From contig OZ316898.1 in assembly GCA_973895155.1 (NCBI GenBank), forward strand, positions 5,009,079 to 5,073,078: 64,000 bases of DNA, written 5' to 3'. The notes below the pieces were generated by a model. The model did no database searches, was not told where the DNA came from, and was given only the letters and a program-made list of their open reading frames with translations. Both the position numbers and the translations under genes were made by a program. Each line of letters starts with the position of its first letter. Within the stretch, counting starts at the first letter, position 1. This DNA is from Marsupella aquatica. Its lineage: Eukaryota; Plantae; Marchantiophyta. Below are positions 37,284 to 51,700 of this stretch, in pieces.

Positions 37284-39090
37284 CACATGCTTGATTTCAT
37301 GCTGTGGGTCGTGCTGTTAGCATTCTCAATCTTTAAGACTGGTGCGGTGACTTTGCTCCTTGGGTTCAGTGGTGTTGAAAAATACCGTCACGATATCCCA
37401 GGGAGTCTGCTATATATTTTTTTGAGAAGTTAATCAGGTTTCGCACGTTCAACCTCAACAGCAGTCCTGCTTGTGCCAAAGCAGATGTGGAACCAAGTGA
37501 CTTTACAATGTTTTGGACTTTTCTCTTTTGATAGGCATTAGTAATTACGAATGGCATGTAGTCCTCCTAGCGAAGAACGTCCTTGTGATGTCCTCAAGGC
37601 ATACGACTTTGGATTTTAGTTTGCCTCGTGAACACCTTCGAATCTACAGCAAGTCCCCTAAACATTGATTTTTTTCACAAGCAATTTAACGATTCTAATT
37701 GAGCTCTATGAATTCTGTTCAAATGCAAGTAAATTGCTCAATCGCTCTTGTCAAAAGCTACAATATCGAAGCAACTGTATTCTAACACATGCAAAAATCT
37801 TTTACAGACATCTGACAAGGAAACTGCTTAAGCCATTCTATATTATTTGCAGTTTTGATAGGTAAGGCGAGGTACCACAAACGAGAAATGTGTGAGAAGT
37901 TTCTGTGGATCATCCTAGGCCAGTGGGTGAATTCTTGTTTTTCACCATGCTCTCTCCTACCATTATCTCTTTTTGCTATATTATAAAATTCAGAGTTCTA
38001 CACAGGAAGAAACATGTCCTTTTGGAATTCGGTAATCTAGAAAAACTTTACTAGAATTCTAAGTTTCGTTTAGTTCAGTTAACTACAGAGAACTGGACTA
38101 GCTTTACTAAAAATCATGACATTACTTTTGAAACTGTCAAATTCGAAGTATGAAAAATATGGTAAATGGGTTTGATACAAAAATCCTTGAAAATGGATGA
38201 GTATAAAATATTTTCAAGGAAGCCAACACATGCTTGATTTCATGCTGTAGGTCGTGCTGTTAGTATTCTCAATCTTTTAAGACTGGTGCGGTGACTTTGC
38301 TCCTTGAGTTCAGTGGTGTTGGAAAATACCGTCATTATACCCCAAGGAGCCTGCTATATATTGTTTTGCGAAGTTAATCTGGTTTCGCATGTTGAACCTC
38401 AATAGCAGTCCTGCTTTTGCCAAACGAGAGTGGAGCCAAGTGACTTCCTATGTTTTGGACTTTTCTTCCTCTATGGCATGTGGTCCTCTGACGACGAACG
38501 TACTAATGGTATCACTGTCCTTCAAGGCATACCGCTACTTCTACTGCAAGTCCGCTAAATATTGATTTTTCTTCACAGGCAATTTAGCTATTCTCATTGA
38601 GCTCTATGAATTCTATTCAAATGCAAATAATTGCTCAATCACTCTTCTCAAAAGCTAAAACATTGAAGTATTTGTATTACTAAACATGCAAAAACTTGTA
38701 GACATATTAAAAGGAAACTGCTTAAGGCATTCTATATGATTTGTAGTTTTGATAGTTAGGGTGAGCGTACCACAAATGGGAATACCTAGTTTGAGAAGTT
38801 TCTGTGGATCATGATAGGTCGAGTGGTTGAACTCTTGTTTTTCCATGCTCTCTCCTACCATTATCCCTTTTTGTTATATGATAGAATGCTGAGGTCTACT
38901 CAGCAAGAAACATGTCATTTTGGAATTTGGTAATCTAGAATTCTAAGTTTTGTTTACCTTCATCACCCACAGAGAATTGGATAAGTTATACTCCAAATCG
39001 TGACAGTATTTTGGAAACTGTCAAATTCGAAGTATGAAAAATATGGTATACAAGAATGCTTTGAAATGAATGAGTAAAAAATCATACAAG
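37284..39090. repeat. Local tandem duplication (about 940-bp period) in the upstream region of NLR copy 2
   Basis: CACATGCTTGATTTCATGCTGT.GGTCGTGCTGTTAG starts at about 37284 and 38227, and the colinear blocks continue. Only one copy is present upstream of copy 1 (about 21440-22390). Confidence 0.85.
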
Positions 39091-39295
39091 GAATAAATAT
39101 GACAGATTGAGCTACTGTAGTAGTCACTAACTAATCTCACTTATCACGAGCACAACTTGTGTATTTATTCGTCAATGTTAGATGCATATGTGCAAGTTGA
39201 GCAAACTCTTCGAATGGCCTCATAAATAACAAACAATGGCGAATATAAAATACCTCAGTGTAAACATTGACTATCAGCAACTAGCCTATGGGACC

Positions 39296-40280
39296 TGTTC
39301 TTCCACCTCCGAGTAATCTTTCAGTTCAGCTTCACTATGCGATTCCATAATTGATAGTTTCAGAAGCCTGAGTTTATTTCGTAAAAATTCCAGCTCTTCA
39401 TCTTGCTGCTTCGGCAATTCTTGAATTCGAATGTAACAATCCCTCAATCTTTTGCAAGCTAACATGAATCGCCTGTGCGGTTCAGATTCTTCATCTACTG
39501 ATTTGTTCCAAGCATCCCTTAGAGCCTCTAAACCACCACAGCTACTGAGTACAGCTGGATTGGCCTTGAAAAAGTGATATTTTCCACTTGCTTCCTCCTG
39601 CAGATTCCTAGCAAGGAGAATTTTGGATCAGAATGATTGGGTCATGATCTGAGAGAGCTGAACCTCCTTCATGCTTTAATTTTGTCACCTCACCCAGCCA
39701 CCATCCTTTGTCACTATTGTAAAATCTATCTAATCAAGATTCCACCAGCTTCCCGAGTCTGACTCTACGCCAGGGAAACTTGGCACCAGAAAAGTTTTCA
39801 TCTATGTTCTGTCCATCCTCCAGATTGAATCTAACCTTGAGAAATCTCCAGAATTCTGCCTCCCTGCCTTTGATAACCTGAGTTTGTCCTGAGGTGTCTT
39901 CCTGCAATTCAATCATGTTAAAATCCCCACATAATATCCAGTTTTCAAGTGGAAGAACAGTTTTTAGTTCATTCCATAGCAGAGCACACTCACCCGAAGA
40001 GTTGGGGGCGCGCATACGTGCTGATTATCCCAAAAGTTCCTGTATTGTGTTTAATTCTAACCCACGCCGCTCTTCCTTCATCAATAGATCCGGATTCAAC
40101 GATGTTCCAGGAAGCTCTGACAATAAGAGCCCAACCTCCGCGACCCTGTTCAGCAGCAGAGGAAAAGTATTTGTAATCCGGTAGAATAGATCGTAGTGCC
40201 ACTTCCAAACGGAATTGATCCGCTTTCACTTCCTGCAGAGCTAAAGCATCGAGGGGATACTTTAGCTTCCTCACCCAATT
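39296..40280 (-). mobile_element. LINE retrotransposon fragment, APE endonuclease region, frameshifted
   Basis: Motifs ALQEVK, GRGGWALIV, LWNELK, WILCGDFNM, an xDRF-like motif and an SDH..PI-like motif are split across frames (ORFs 39990-40274 and 39734-40015). Confidence 0.85.
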
Positions 40281-41288
40281 TTTGACTACTGTACATGTTT
40301 CCTATTTGGTTCACACAATCCGCAAACGCTCCAGGAAGCAATATGCAGAGGTGGTATCTTCATCTCTGCAGTACCTTCCTCAATCAAAAATTAATTGAAG
40401 AAATTTACGAATACAATTGAGATGGAAGCACTGGAAATTAGTACTTCTGCTGAATACCGTACTTCAATTCTAGTACTTCTGCTGAATAAATCAAAAGGGA
40501 GTGTAGCATATTAAGCCTCCCTTACATTCAATTGAATTCAGTTTGGCAATTATCTAGAGTAAGCATTACCTGTTTTGGAAGGTTGTGATTTATTTGAGAC
40601 CTCTACATTTAATGGTATAGATTAGAAAGACACAAAGTGGAACTCAGTGAACTAAGGTGTTATCTGGAGAGACTTCATCTGGAATTGGAAAAACATGCAT
40701 GTAAAAGCCACACGGTTATGAGCAAATGTCTTTCCCCAACCTGGTTCAGGTGTCTCTGTGCAGTGCTGGTCTTTGTTGTCAGTGACAGTCTGTAAACAGA
40801 TCTGGCCTCTTGTCACCCCCGTTGTCACCTTCACCAGAACATAATTATCATCTTCCATTTAAAACAAGGTCCAAATGAACTATTCAAGAATGGAATTGAA
40901 ATAGTCTTCCCAGCCAAAACTTGAGTTTTGTTCAATTCAAATGGAAGGCCTGTCTTGTTACAACACCTGAGCTTAGTGTTTAAATATAGGCTTTTGTGTT
41001 TGGGGGATGGACTTGATGATTTTATCAGGTGTGCAATCTTGGAAGATTGTAGCAATTGTTTTCAAATCCAAGACTCTTGTCCAGATAGAACATGTATCTT
41101 AACTTAGAGAGACCGGTCATTGCTCAAGTTCTCTCTTTTGTGATTTTATCAGGTGTCCAATCTTGGAAGATGCTATTGTAGCAATTTTTGTTCACTAATT
41201 GAAGACACTAGTCTAGATAGAACACCCTATCTTAAGAAAAGGACTGTCATTGCTCAATTTTTCCCCATGTTCCTTTCTTATGACTTCA

Positions 41289-41830
41289 CTAGCCCCATGC
41301 CTGTGCATTGCACAAAAGATGTCAAGGTGAAGAAAGATCTTGAAGTGAAAAAAGATGTCAATGTTAGGAAAAGAAGTCGAGGTGAATAAAGATGTTAAGG
41401 GGAGGAAAAGATGTCGAGAACACAAAAAGATTTTGTGATGAAATAAAGATGTCAAGGTGAGAAAACGATGGCAAGATGAGATAACAGAAGTTGAGGTGAG
41501 AGAAGGTGTTGAGGAGAGAAAAAGATGTCGTGATGAGATAAAGATGTGAAGGTGAGAAAAGATGTCGAGATGAGAAAAGATGGCAAAGTGAGAAAAAGAT
41601 GTCAAAGTGAGAAAAATATGGCAAGATGAGAAAAATATAAAATATTGAGGTGAGAAAAAATGATGTTCAGGAGTGCAAAAGAAGTTGAGGGGAGAAAATA
41701 TGTGGAGGTAGGAAGTGAAGGGAAGAAAATGATGAAGTTGAGGGGAGAAAATATGTGGAGGTAAGATGTGAAGGGAAGAAAATGATGTTACGATTAGGAA
41801 AAGATGTAAAAAATATATTGTTGCAAAAGT
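41289..41830 (-). mobile_element. Second Helitron-like element of the same family, opposite orientation
   Basis: The minus strand ends GACATCTTTTGTGCAATGCACAGGCATGGGGCTAG|T at 41289, preceded by the same GACATCTTT-rich tract (AAAAGATGTC on the + strand). Confidence 0.65.
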
Positions 41831-43631
41831 GACAAGGGAGATAGGTGAGGACAACATAAGCATGCACATTTACACAACCCTAGGTGGAGGGTGACAACCC
41901 CTCTCCTCCTCATTGCCTCCTCTCCCCCTTTTCTCTTGGGCTGCCTCTCCCTTCTTCCCCTCCCCCACCCACCTCCCTCCCTCCCCTAAAAAAAACCCCA
42001 AGGAAAGGCAAGGGTGTCACTTTTCTCCTCCTTTTCTCCTTTTATTGCCTTATTATTATTATCTTTATTTTCACCTTCCTTTGCTTCACTTGGTCTCATC
42101 ACTTATCTTGTACTTATGGGAGGGTATGATACTATTCATCCCTTCACCCATGGTTGTATCATTAATTCCCCTCCCTATTTTGACCTTTATGTCTCCTAGT
42201 CCCTATCCCCTCACAATGGGTCCCAAGTGCCAGTTCCAATGGCAACATATGGCACTCACATCAAGCATATGCCATCATGCCCCCTTCTTAGAAAATCTTT
42301 GTGCATACCAAAATACTCTGTCTTGCTTGGGTTAGAGATATTGTTTTTGACAAATGAAAGGCTAGGATAAAAGAGCCTATAAATCCAGGGTCATCTAATC
42401 TTCCCTCCAAAAGTGATTTTGGTCATCTGATCTTCCCTTCAAAAGTGATTTTGTAATCGGAATACATCCACTTTTTACGGGATAGGGTATTATAGTAATA
42501 GGAAGGATAGTAGGAAGGATGTCCAGAAAGGGATAGGGTATTATAGTAATAGGAAGGATAGTAGGAAGGATGTCCAGAAAGGACTCTACAGTAGGTAATG
42601 ACGCAAACATATAACCTTGTTTTAGAATTCAACATACAAGCGTTTTGATGTCTCAAATGTGATCATTACTAAAAACTCAAAAACAAATTAAAAAATGAAT
42701 ATATTTATGTTGCAATGCTCCAGAATATGTGATCCGTGCAGAAATTAGTCAGAAAAGACATATCCAAGTCAAGTCGTGAATGCAAATACTACAGGAGATC
42801 GAGTGGACTAAACTATGGAGCAAGAAATAAAAAGAAATAACTGACAGTCAATGTTTGGCACTGTGGACATTGGAGAGGGAGAGTCAAGTTGTGAAGTCTT
42901 TTGTGATTTGGCTGGGCCCAGCTTCAAACCTGGCCTGATGCTGTCCATTAAGAAAAATTGCAGGAGTGTTGCAAGGAACTGTTGGGAAGAAGAATAGGGC
43001 TTAGAGCCAAGGCGATGCCAAATGATCATTAATAAAAACTCAAAAAATCACAAAATGAATGTACTGTTAGATTGTGATCTCCAACTGAATATCCCCTTCT
43101 CCCATATCCCATTCTCCCTGTGACGTTTATGTATGTGATAAGAGGGGTTACATGGTTCCTAACTGGGGTTAGGTAAGTAACCCCTGTGACTTAACTGTCA
43201 TATTCTAACATGTACTTAATTATTGCAAGGCAGGATAATATATATGTCATAAAAGGAGATGAACCAATAAGATCCTTTAAGAAATTAGTGAAAAGAGAAA
43301 CATCCTAAGTCAAGTCATGAAAACGCGAGTACTCAAGCAGAGAGTGTGGGGTTAACTATGGAGCAAGGAATATTAATTGAAACTCAATGTTTGGCACGAT
43401 GGAGACTCGAGAACGAGAGCCAACTGGAATTCACCGGCGCTCCATCGCCCTTCAAAAACGAGAAAAAAGAAAAAAAGAAACAGAACGAGAGCCAAGGCTA
43501 CAAGCTGGGAAGAAGTCCTTCGTGATTTCACAGGTCCCAGGCTCAAATGTGGCCCAGGTTCAAACCTGGCCTGATGCTGTCCACTGAGGCATTCTGCAGG
43601 AGTTTCGCAAGGAACTGCTGGGAGTGGAGCT

Positions 43632-46600
43632 TTAATTAATAAGAATGGGGCTGTTTCGAGCCGAGGCGATGCCTTCACCACGCCTACTTCTCCGGTAACA
43701 CCTTCCTACTTTACCAACATTATGTTTGCCGAAATCCACATCTTCACTTTCCAATTCTGGGCAATCAGTCTCGATCCAGCCCAATGTTCGCAGTTCCGAA
43801 TCACGTAGGAATGGACACTTATCAACACGTAGCAGAATCCTCTCCGCGGAAGCTTTGTGGGAGGACCGCCCCGGTTCTGTTTTCCTGGTCTCGATACTTC
43901 TGTCTTCCTGAGGCGCGAGGTCCTCTCCCCAACTATCTGGTACATTCTTCAATCTCTCGCACTTCTCAAGTATTACCCGTCTCAGGGAAGAAATGCGCCC
44001 TAAGCAGTCCGGAAGGGTCTCTATCCTGTTACAAGATCGAAGCCACAGAATTTCTAGAGATGACAGGTTACCGAGTTCTTCGGGTATACTGCTTAGGCTG
44101 CTCCTGTCAATCATCAGCGTCCTCAGTGAGTGGAGCAGCCCTATCCTCTTCGGGAGGGCTTCCAGGCGTTTAGCATCCCAAATCACTAATATTTGAACAC
44201 CCTTGAGCTCTCCGAAGTTCTCAGGCAGTGTATCTAGCTGCTCCAAGTCAAGCAGCTCAAGTTCTTCCAAAGACGAGAGCATACCAAAACTCGGAGGCAG
44301 ACTTTCAAGGCGCGGACAGGACTGAAGACGCAGATATTTGAGTGACGATAAACTGCCAAACGAATCGGCCAACTCCCCTCGTCGACAATTGTCACCATGC
44401 GATTCTGAAAGCTGTAGAAACTCAAGCATTCTGCACCTATACATAGAGAACTTTGTCAGAGACGTGAGCCTCCCAAAGGATTCCGGCAGACTTCTTAGCC
44501 GGTTACAGTGATGAATCTGTAATGTCGCCAGGGAGTGGAGATTCCCGAAGGACTCCGGCAACTCCTTAACGCTGACCCCGCAAAATTCTAAATGGTTCAG
44601 GGCCCCGAGGTGACCAATCGAATGCGGCAATGTTTCCATTGTTTTTAGGTCCGATAATACCAAGCTATTCAGCTTGGATAGATCACCCAAATTCTCTGGG
44701 AGACGGTAAAGTCCTTTGATACCGTCAAGCGATAAAATCCGCAATTTGGTTAACGTTCCCAACGCGCCGATAAATTCCTCCGGGACTGTGCACGATGAGA
44801 GTTCTAGGACAGCTAAATTGTTCATTCCCCGCAGACTAAACGGCGCGAAACAATTTATATCCAGTGGGAAGATCCATATCAGTACGGAAAGATTCTTTGG
44901 AAACTTCCGGCCGGACCCTTCAGGCCAAACATATTGCAGATCCAAATATTTCAATTCTTCCAGCTTATCCAGAATTTCCAACTGAAGCGCATGAACATGA
45001 TAATTCAGCACTAGTATCCGCAAGTGTTTTGTCTCGGGTTTCACCTGATGACATGTGAATCACAGAGGCGTTTTCAGATTAGTATAACTACTGAGAGGAA
45101 AACGGAGGAGACGAGAGTTTCTCTTGCAACTGGATTCTGCGCCAAAAGTAAGTGTGAATAACACAACTGGAAATATTATAATGCAGCCGAGTGGAATCTA
45201 CAAATTATTGGCATTCATTTCTTTCAATTGCTCATTTGGAAACCCCGCTTAATTTTGCCACAAAGTCTCTGGTTCTCACTTACAACATTAAGAAGATCCA
45301 TTCTGACACCGCCTTCACTGGACAACGATACTGTCCACCCCTTCGAGAGACTTTTGGCCAGATCACGCAGGTGCTCGTGCACCCATATCTCCCTCGGGTC
45401 GACATCCATTTCTCTGACTCTACTACAGGCGATTTCCTTCACCATGGATGTACTCAGCAAGCTCGCCCAGGCTGTATGTGAATTTCCATAAGCAGTGCTC
45501 CAAGCTGCGAGGGCTTGCTCTACACGTTGCCCAAAGAAATACGTCCCAGCTTCAATGAACATGCCTTGTAGGTCATTATCAAGGCCATCATAGCTCACTT
45601 TCAAGGAAGACCACACTTCGTCATCCCGACGCCCGTACACAGATTCCGCATTTCCAAGCTTCTCTATTGTGTCCTCCCACACCTCAGCGTTAGTCTGGTA
45701 ACGTCTGAGACAGCACCCCGTTACTTCCAACGTCAGTGGGAGCCCGCCGCATTTCCTTACCACTCCATCCACATTCTTTTCCAAGCGATGATTTTCTTGT
45801 ATGAGATGGTCTGGAATTTCGTCTTCCCCAAATACATGTCGGCAGAAGAGCTGCTTTGCCTCGTCATCGATGAGAAAATCAACGTCGTAGATGTCACAGG
45901 TCGGAAAAACATCCAAAACGCCTTGATCGCGACTTGTAATGATCAAACGGCTACCTTCCCCAAAGAAATCCAAATTGCTTAACCGTTTGATTTGTGTATG
46001 ATGAACATCATCCACGACAAGCAGTGTGTTTGTCTTCTGTAGGTCAGACCACTGAATCAGCTTTTTGTGAACTTTAGTCCCTCGGCAATAGCAATTTTCG
46101 AGTAGCTGATCCTTGAGCTCGTCCTTCTTGCCTTTCACATTCTCAGCAAAACAAGCAAACTCAAAATTTCTGGAGATGTTGTTGAACACTTCTTTCGCAA
46201 TTGTGGTTTTCCCAATTCCGCCCATGCCAACAATGCCTAGTACTCGTGCATGTGCCACCTTTACTTCAACCTCGTGAGAACGCTTCCGCAAACCAGTCGG
46301 ATGTCGCGGGAGCGGGAGCGGGAGCTCATCAAGTAGCGCCGCTGCCTGCAAAGATAAAACGGATATATCCAAGTCAGATAATGTCAAATTGAACTAAGGA
46401 TACTTACTTTATCACAATAATCCCAAAAAGAGAAGGGTGCGAATGATAACATGGATACTGACACCTGCAAGGACCTCCCAAAATGACTACATCATCGTAG
46501 AGAAATATATCAGGATGGCGAGTTTGCGTGATTGTAATGGAGATTGCTGTCATGCTCCACTGCTATGTTCTGCTCGGCAATTTTATTTGTCGATCTTCAT

Positions 46601-48741
46601 CGATACTGCCGGGTCTCACTTTTTGTCAACGATTGACCATGTATTCAGACCTAATACCCAGGCCAAACAGGAGTACATGATAGTCTATGGAATGACAGAT
46701 ACTGCAAAGAGTGGAACAGGTTTTTTCCTCTTCGTTCGTGTCTGCTACTGCGCTTTAAGGATGATTCGAAGGAACCAACGAGGCGATCTATGTGAGAATT
46801 CTTACTCCCTATAGTACTCATTGTCTGAACCTTTGAGACCGAAGTAATTGCTGATGGTAGTACCGATTACAGATTATAAGCAATGGTATCGCAAGGACTG
46901 TATCCTAACTGTATCCTGTCTTCTATGCAATACCGGAAGGTTCCATGGATAAACTCAGGCAACAAGGTTTCATTGCACACTCAACTGATATTCTTCACGT
47001 GAAAACTACAACACAATCCATCCGCAATAAGTGCCCTTGTAGAATTCGGTGGATACACAGGTGTCCTTCGAAGTAGTTTGCAACACCGCCTCCAAAGCTT
47101 CGGTTACAGTGTGCACAAAAGGTGGCTGATAACGATTTAAAAGGAGCTAACCAGAGCATGGTGATCACATGCCATCACTGTCGGAACAAAGAAAGTACGC
47201 TCGCGGTGCTTGCAATGCTATGGAGGAAAGGTGTCGGGCCATTGTTAAAATGGAGGGACAACGATCGTACCTTCGGAATGCTACTCTGAATGCTGCGAAC
47301 GAGATTCTCGAGCTCATAGTAGCCACTTGACTTTTTACCTTCTGGTTTGCATATTCCAAAATGGTCTGCTTCCCTGAAAGTGAAACACTCCCCTCCTCTT
47401 GCAGATGCCTCCTCGACTACAGCCAGACCTTTGAACCGGCCCTGTACATCCAGGAAAAGTAGCATCATATCCCTGAGTTAATCATTGTTATGCTTGGCAA
47501 AATACAACCCTAGACAAGATGTTTGCCAAGATCTTATAAACCGGAGTAGGGAAATATATGGAGCACCTAATCGTGCTTCTATTTGAACACGGTCAATGAG
47601 TCTACTACACACATCTACGAGATGCATGCCTGGCCTGCATTAGAATATTGCGGATATAATAAGCATTTGCAAACGTTTGGACTCACGTTGCCACACACTT
47701 GAACTATACACAATATCCAAATACAGTTTCAAGATCAGTTTGGTCGTCATTGAGATCACGTTCACTTAATTTACTCGTTCTACGCAAAAAACAGCCGGTG
47801 AGCGGACACAAAGCTGGTGTTGAAACTATATGTACCGATTGAACAGGGAGACGAGCTCCGATTCCTCGTATTTGCCATCGACGTAATTTGCTCAAATTAT
47901 CGAACTCGTGATTGAGTCGTGCTGGGTCTTTGGTCAGAACTCGAACGAATGACCACAAAGGGTGTTGCTTATCTCCAACTTTCTCGAAAATGTCACTCCC
48001 ATGATGAGGAGTGCTGTAATAATATATTCCTTTGACATTGTCAAGAAACATTTTGAGTGTGGTCGGATTGGTCAGCTGTTTATGAGCTTGTAAACAGAGC
48101 TGTTTGATGACCATACCACCAAAGCAATGGCCAACCATTATCACTGGACAGTTCCAAATTTGGCCAACACCCGCTTGAATGAGGTCTGACATCAAATTTT
48201 CGCCAGTAATGTACATGTCCGGACTTGTCTTCAAGGGGGATCGCTTTTTTAGGAATCCATCATATGAAATATACAGGATCTCGGCACTAGGAAAATCTTC
48301 AACCAACCACTCTTCAGGCCAAATGACAGACCTGTCTCTACTTTCCCAATTGCGGAAATGAGGATCCGCCGAATCATCAAATTGGAGCCCATGAAAAAAT
48401 AAAATTTGCAGAGTAGGAGTGCCAAGCGGCCTGTCGAATTTGTAGACAGATTCATTCACCTGAGAGAAGCAATAAGCAAAATCAGTATGTGCGGTTAGAT
48501 ATCGACCCAAATAGTCTGTATCCCTACACAAAAGTTACTGTCAACAAGTCATGAAACTAACAGTGATTTAATACGAATCTTACGGTCAAGGTTGCTCACA
48601 GTACGAAACTTTACTGCAGGTGGTCTACCACGCCAACTGAGGGCGATATCACACAATTGGGACTACCTTGCGAGGACTTTGGGACCCAGTTGCGAATGGT
48701 GCGGCTGAAGAGGAGCCAGAACCAACATGTAAGGTCGTCAT
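43632..48741 (-). CDS. Alpha/beta-hydrolase-NB-ARC-LRR (HNL-type NLR) immune receptor, copy 3, about 1114 aa
   Basis: Exons: 48741-48667, 48459-47836, 47441-47271, 46345-45284, 45044-43632, all phase 0 with GT/AG borders. Same motifs as copy 1; no internal stops. Confidence 0.92.
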
Positions 48742-51700
48742 CTTGTTTTGCTCGAGATTTGGAAGATTGTGAAGTATCTCGTACGTCCAACTGCAGGGAG
48801 TCAAAATGGCAGAAACAGTAGGAATGCTTGAAGGAAGCTCCCGGATGTCGATCTTTCTCAGGAAGAGAGAAATGGACCTAGCTGACTACATTAAACCTGC
48901 GACTTTTTAACAATTCACAGAATGGTCAGCAAAACCGCAACAAAAAAGGCACCTCATCAATCAAACAAAGCAGTGCTTTGGGACACATTCTTCAAAGCAC
49001 GACGCTTTGTTCTCAAGAGTCAAACAACCAAGATGGTCACAGAAGTAATCCCAAAAGCGGTGTGCAGTTCAATTGCAATCAACCCTTGTAGACTGTCACC
49101 GTGCCCAGATCATCAACCGTGAGGGACCTCTGAAAAATTTATAGACATGCTCTACAGAACGTAAGAGTCACCAAAAGTTTAAAAAACAGGAAGCAAGTTC
49201 AGCAGGACATTCAAATGGAGTATGCAGTCTTGGAGCTAACCCTTTAACTTCGGAATACATGAGAACCGTCTATTTTGAATCTCTTAGTACTTGTGAAGAT
49301 TCTGTAGATGAGCGACCAGTGTAGCATTCTGCTTTGCTTCAAGTTGGAGGTCCCTGAATTACATAACTTCTGGAAAGGACGGAGCCATCAGCTAGAGGAT
49401 CCGAGTAGGAGTACCAACGTTAGTTGTATCCGCCCATATGGGTTTCTAGTAGATTTACCATGGCTGCCCTTGGTGCTGGACTGAGACTGTGGAGCTTCCA
49501 AATAAAGTCGCACTATAACCTGCAGGGATTTCAAACGTCACTTAAGATAATGGTGAGAAAATGGGAACGGAGACGACAACAGATCCGTCCTCCCCTGGAA
49601 GCAGGGACAACTGCAATATAGTTGAGGACCATTCATCTAACAAATTGTTGTTGCTAGACTTCCCTCCCCTGCTCTCCAGGTGAGAAAACAGTGCTGTGAT
49701 GGGGAACCAGTAAGCCGTAGTTGGGTTACAGGAATCGTGCAATCACGAATTCATGTCATTCACGAAGTAGGCTCGGGAGAAGCTGTACAAACATTGAAGC
49801 ACGGTTCAACTGTAATCCCTAAACTCAGATAGCATCCGCGACGATGTGCACGAAGGAAGCCAACAAGGTCCCAGGACGATCGGTACCTCGCTTCAAAGGA
49901 AGAGTTAACTGAAATGCTTTGCAACTTGCACACCCAGTCCCGAAGGCTTAACGCCGTCCCTGTACATGCATGACAAAATCTCCTGAAGCAAAACACATCT
50001 GCCGATAAATCCCTCCTCCCCGATCGCCAAGCGCAACTGAAACCCTGTAGAGGTCGCCTCTCCTCTCAAGCTGACCTTGCTCGAGGAAGAAGAGTTAGCC
50101 CTCGCTATATATCAAACACAGCCTCGAGTACACCGCCTTCGACCAGCCTCGAGTACACCGCCTCGAGTACACCGCCTTAATTAACGGACCCAGCTCACTA
50201 CAGTCAACATGAAATGGTATAACACATCTACACTTCGCCTACTGTCCCGAAATCCATTCGTTTATAATCTCCGAGTGCTCACAAAAACTTCCGGTGTTCT
50301 TGCTCCTGGGAATACCACTCAGAAAATTTCAGAGGTCCTCAATTCTTCCGTATGCGTAGCAATTGTAATCCGACGTCAAAGCGATCGGTCTATCCATCCT
50401 TGAGCTCCTGGCAGCCATTAACGACGCTCTCTTCGCTTGATATCTGTGTCAAGTTTTGTTGTAGTGCAGCAATCTATTCGATAAATTATCAGCATTGCTC
50501 TGGACATCCGTCTTCACTAAAACAACTCAATTCAATCTTCAACTCAAATTCAATCTTCGATGGAATTTTTCTTGCATATATGACAGCCACCTGAAGCTAT
50601 GCAGCTACAAGTGCAATCCCTGGATAATTGCAATAAGTACCAATGTGTTGGATCTGAGTACACGGTGCATAAGGGAAATACCTGGACAATTGCAAGAAGT
50701 ACCGATGTGTTAGATCTGAGTACACGGTGCATGAGTGTAATACCTGGATAAATTGCAAGGGGTGCAGCTTCTTCCCTTTTTTTACCGTGGGAACTGCACG
50801 GTTTTGCAGTTTACATTAGAGCATCCGCACAGGTTTCGCGGCCCGACATAGCCAAAGGGAAAATTTTGGCATGCTGATCAGAGTTGTCAATGAGACTTTG
50901 GCCACCTTATTTTACTGTCATCTTTTAATGGGAGCTCAAATGCCATGAGGGTCCAATACTCTAGTTGGTAATTGTTATCATTGTGGAAGGCAACATCCTC
51001 CCAAGAGAGAGTTGTCCCAAATAAAGGCCCTAGGGCTGCCTTCACAAGGTGCAAGGGCTTTCATCTAAAAGGTATTTCTATATGGGACAGGTTTACAATA
51101 CTTTGAGCACTCTGTGAAATGATTTCAGTTTGTGGTCAAATAGAGAATGCCTCCTCGTATTCCCTCTTTCTTTCTTTCTTTCTTTTTGTATTACTAGGGA
51201 GCTTTGGACAGCACAATTCCCTCCACAATGCCTTCCTTCTCTCCCCCACTTTGATTCACCGTCCTGGTTCACCCCAACTTATGAAAATGACCAAATTTAT
51301 GACCTTAAAAATTGGGAAAACTTGAAAATTTTGAAAAACCAATTTACAACGTGAAAAACCGCCAGGAGAGGAACTGTTATAGTACTCTTCCTCTGCCTGG
51401 GAACAATTGGCTCCCAATATGCCCCCTCTTCCATTGCTACATTCTCTATGGACAGGTGTTCCTCCAGAGAAACCATCCCTTACTTTTTGTAGCCATTCCA
51501 GTGAGAGATTGTGGACCCTAACCCATAAGCAGGGGTTACCACAATTCATAACCCCCTTCTCATTTTTCTTTAGTAGTTTGGGGGGAAGTACCAGCCATAA
51601 CCTCCTTGCCAGGCTGTTCCAAGTATCACAATCCCTAGCCAGCCTGGTCAATTGTCAAAATTTCGAAATAGTATGCGAGAAAAGAGTGTCAATTGTCAAA

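Noticed and set aside
50106-50176. TATA-like TATATAG plus three CCTCGAGTACACCGCC-like repeats upstream of copy 3
   Set aside because: A copy-specific promoter is plausible, but the signal is too short to support without transcription-start data.
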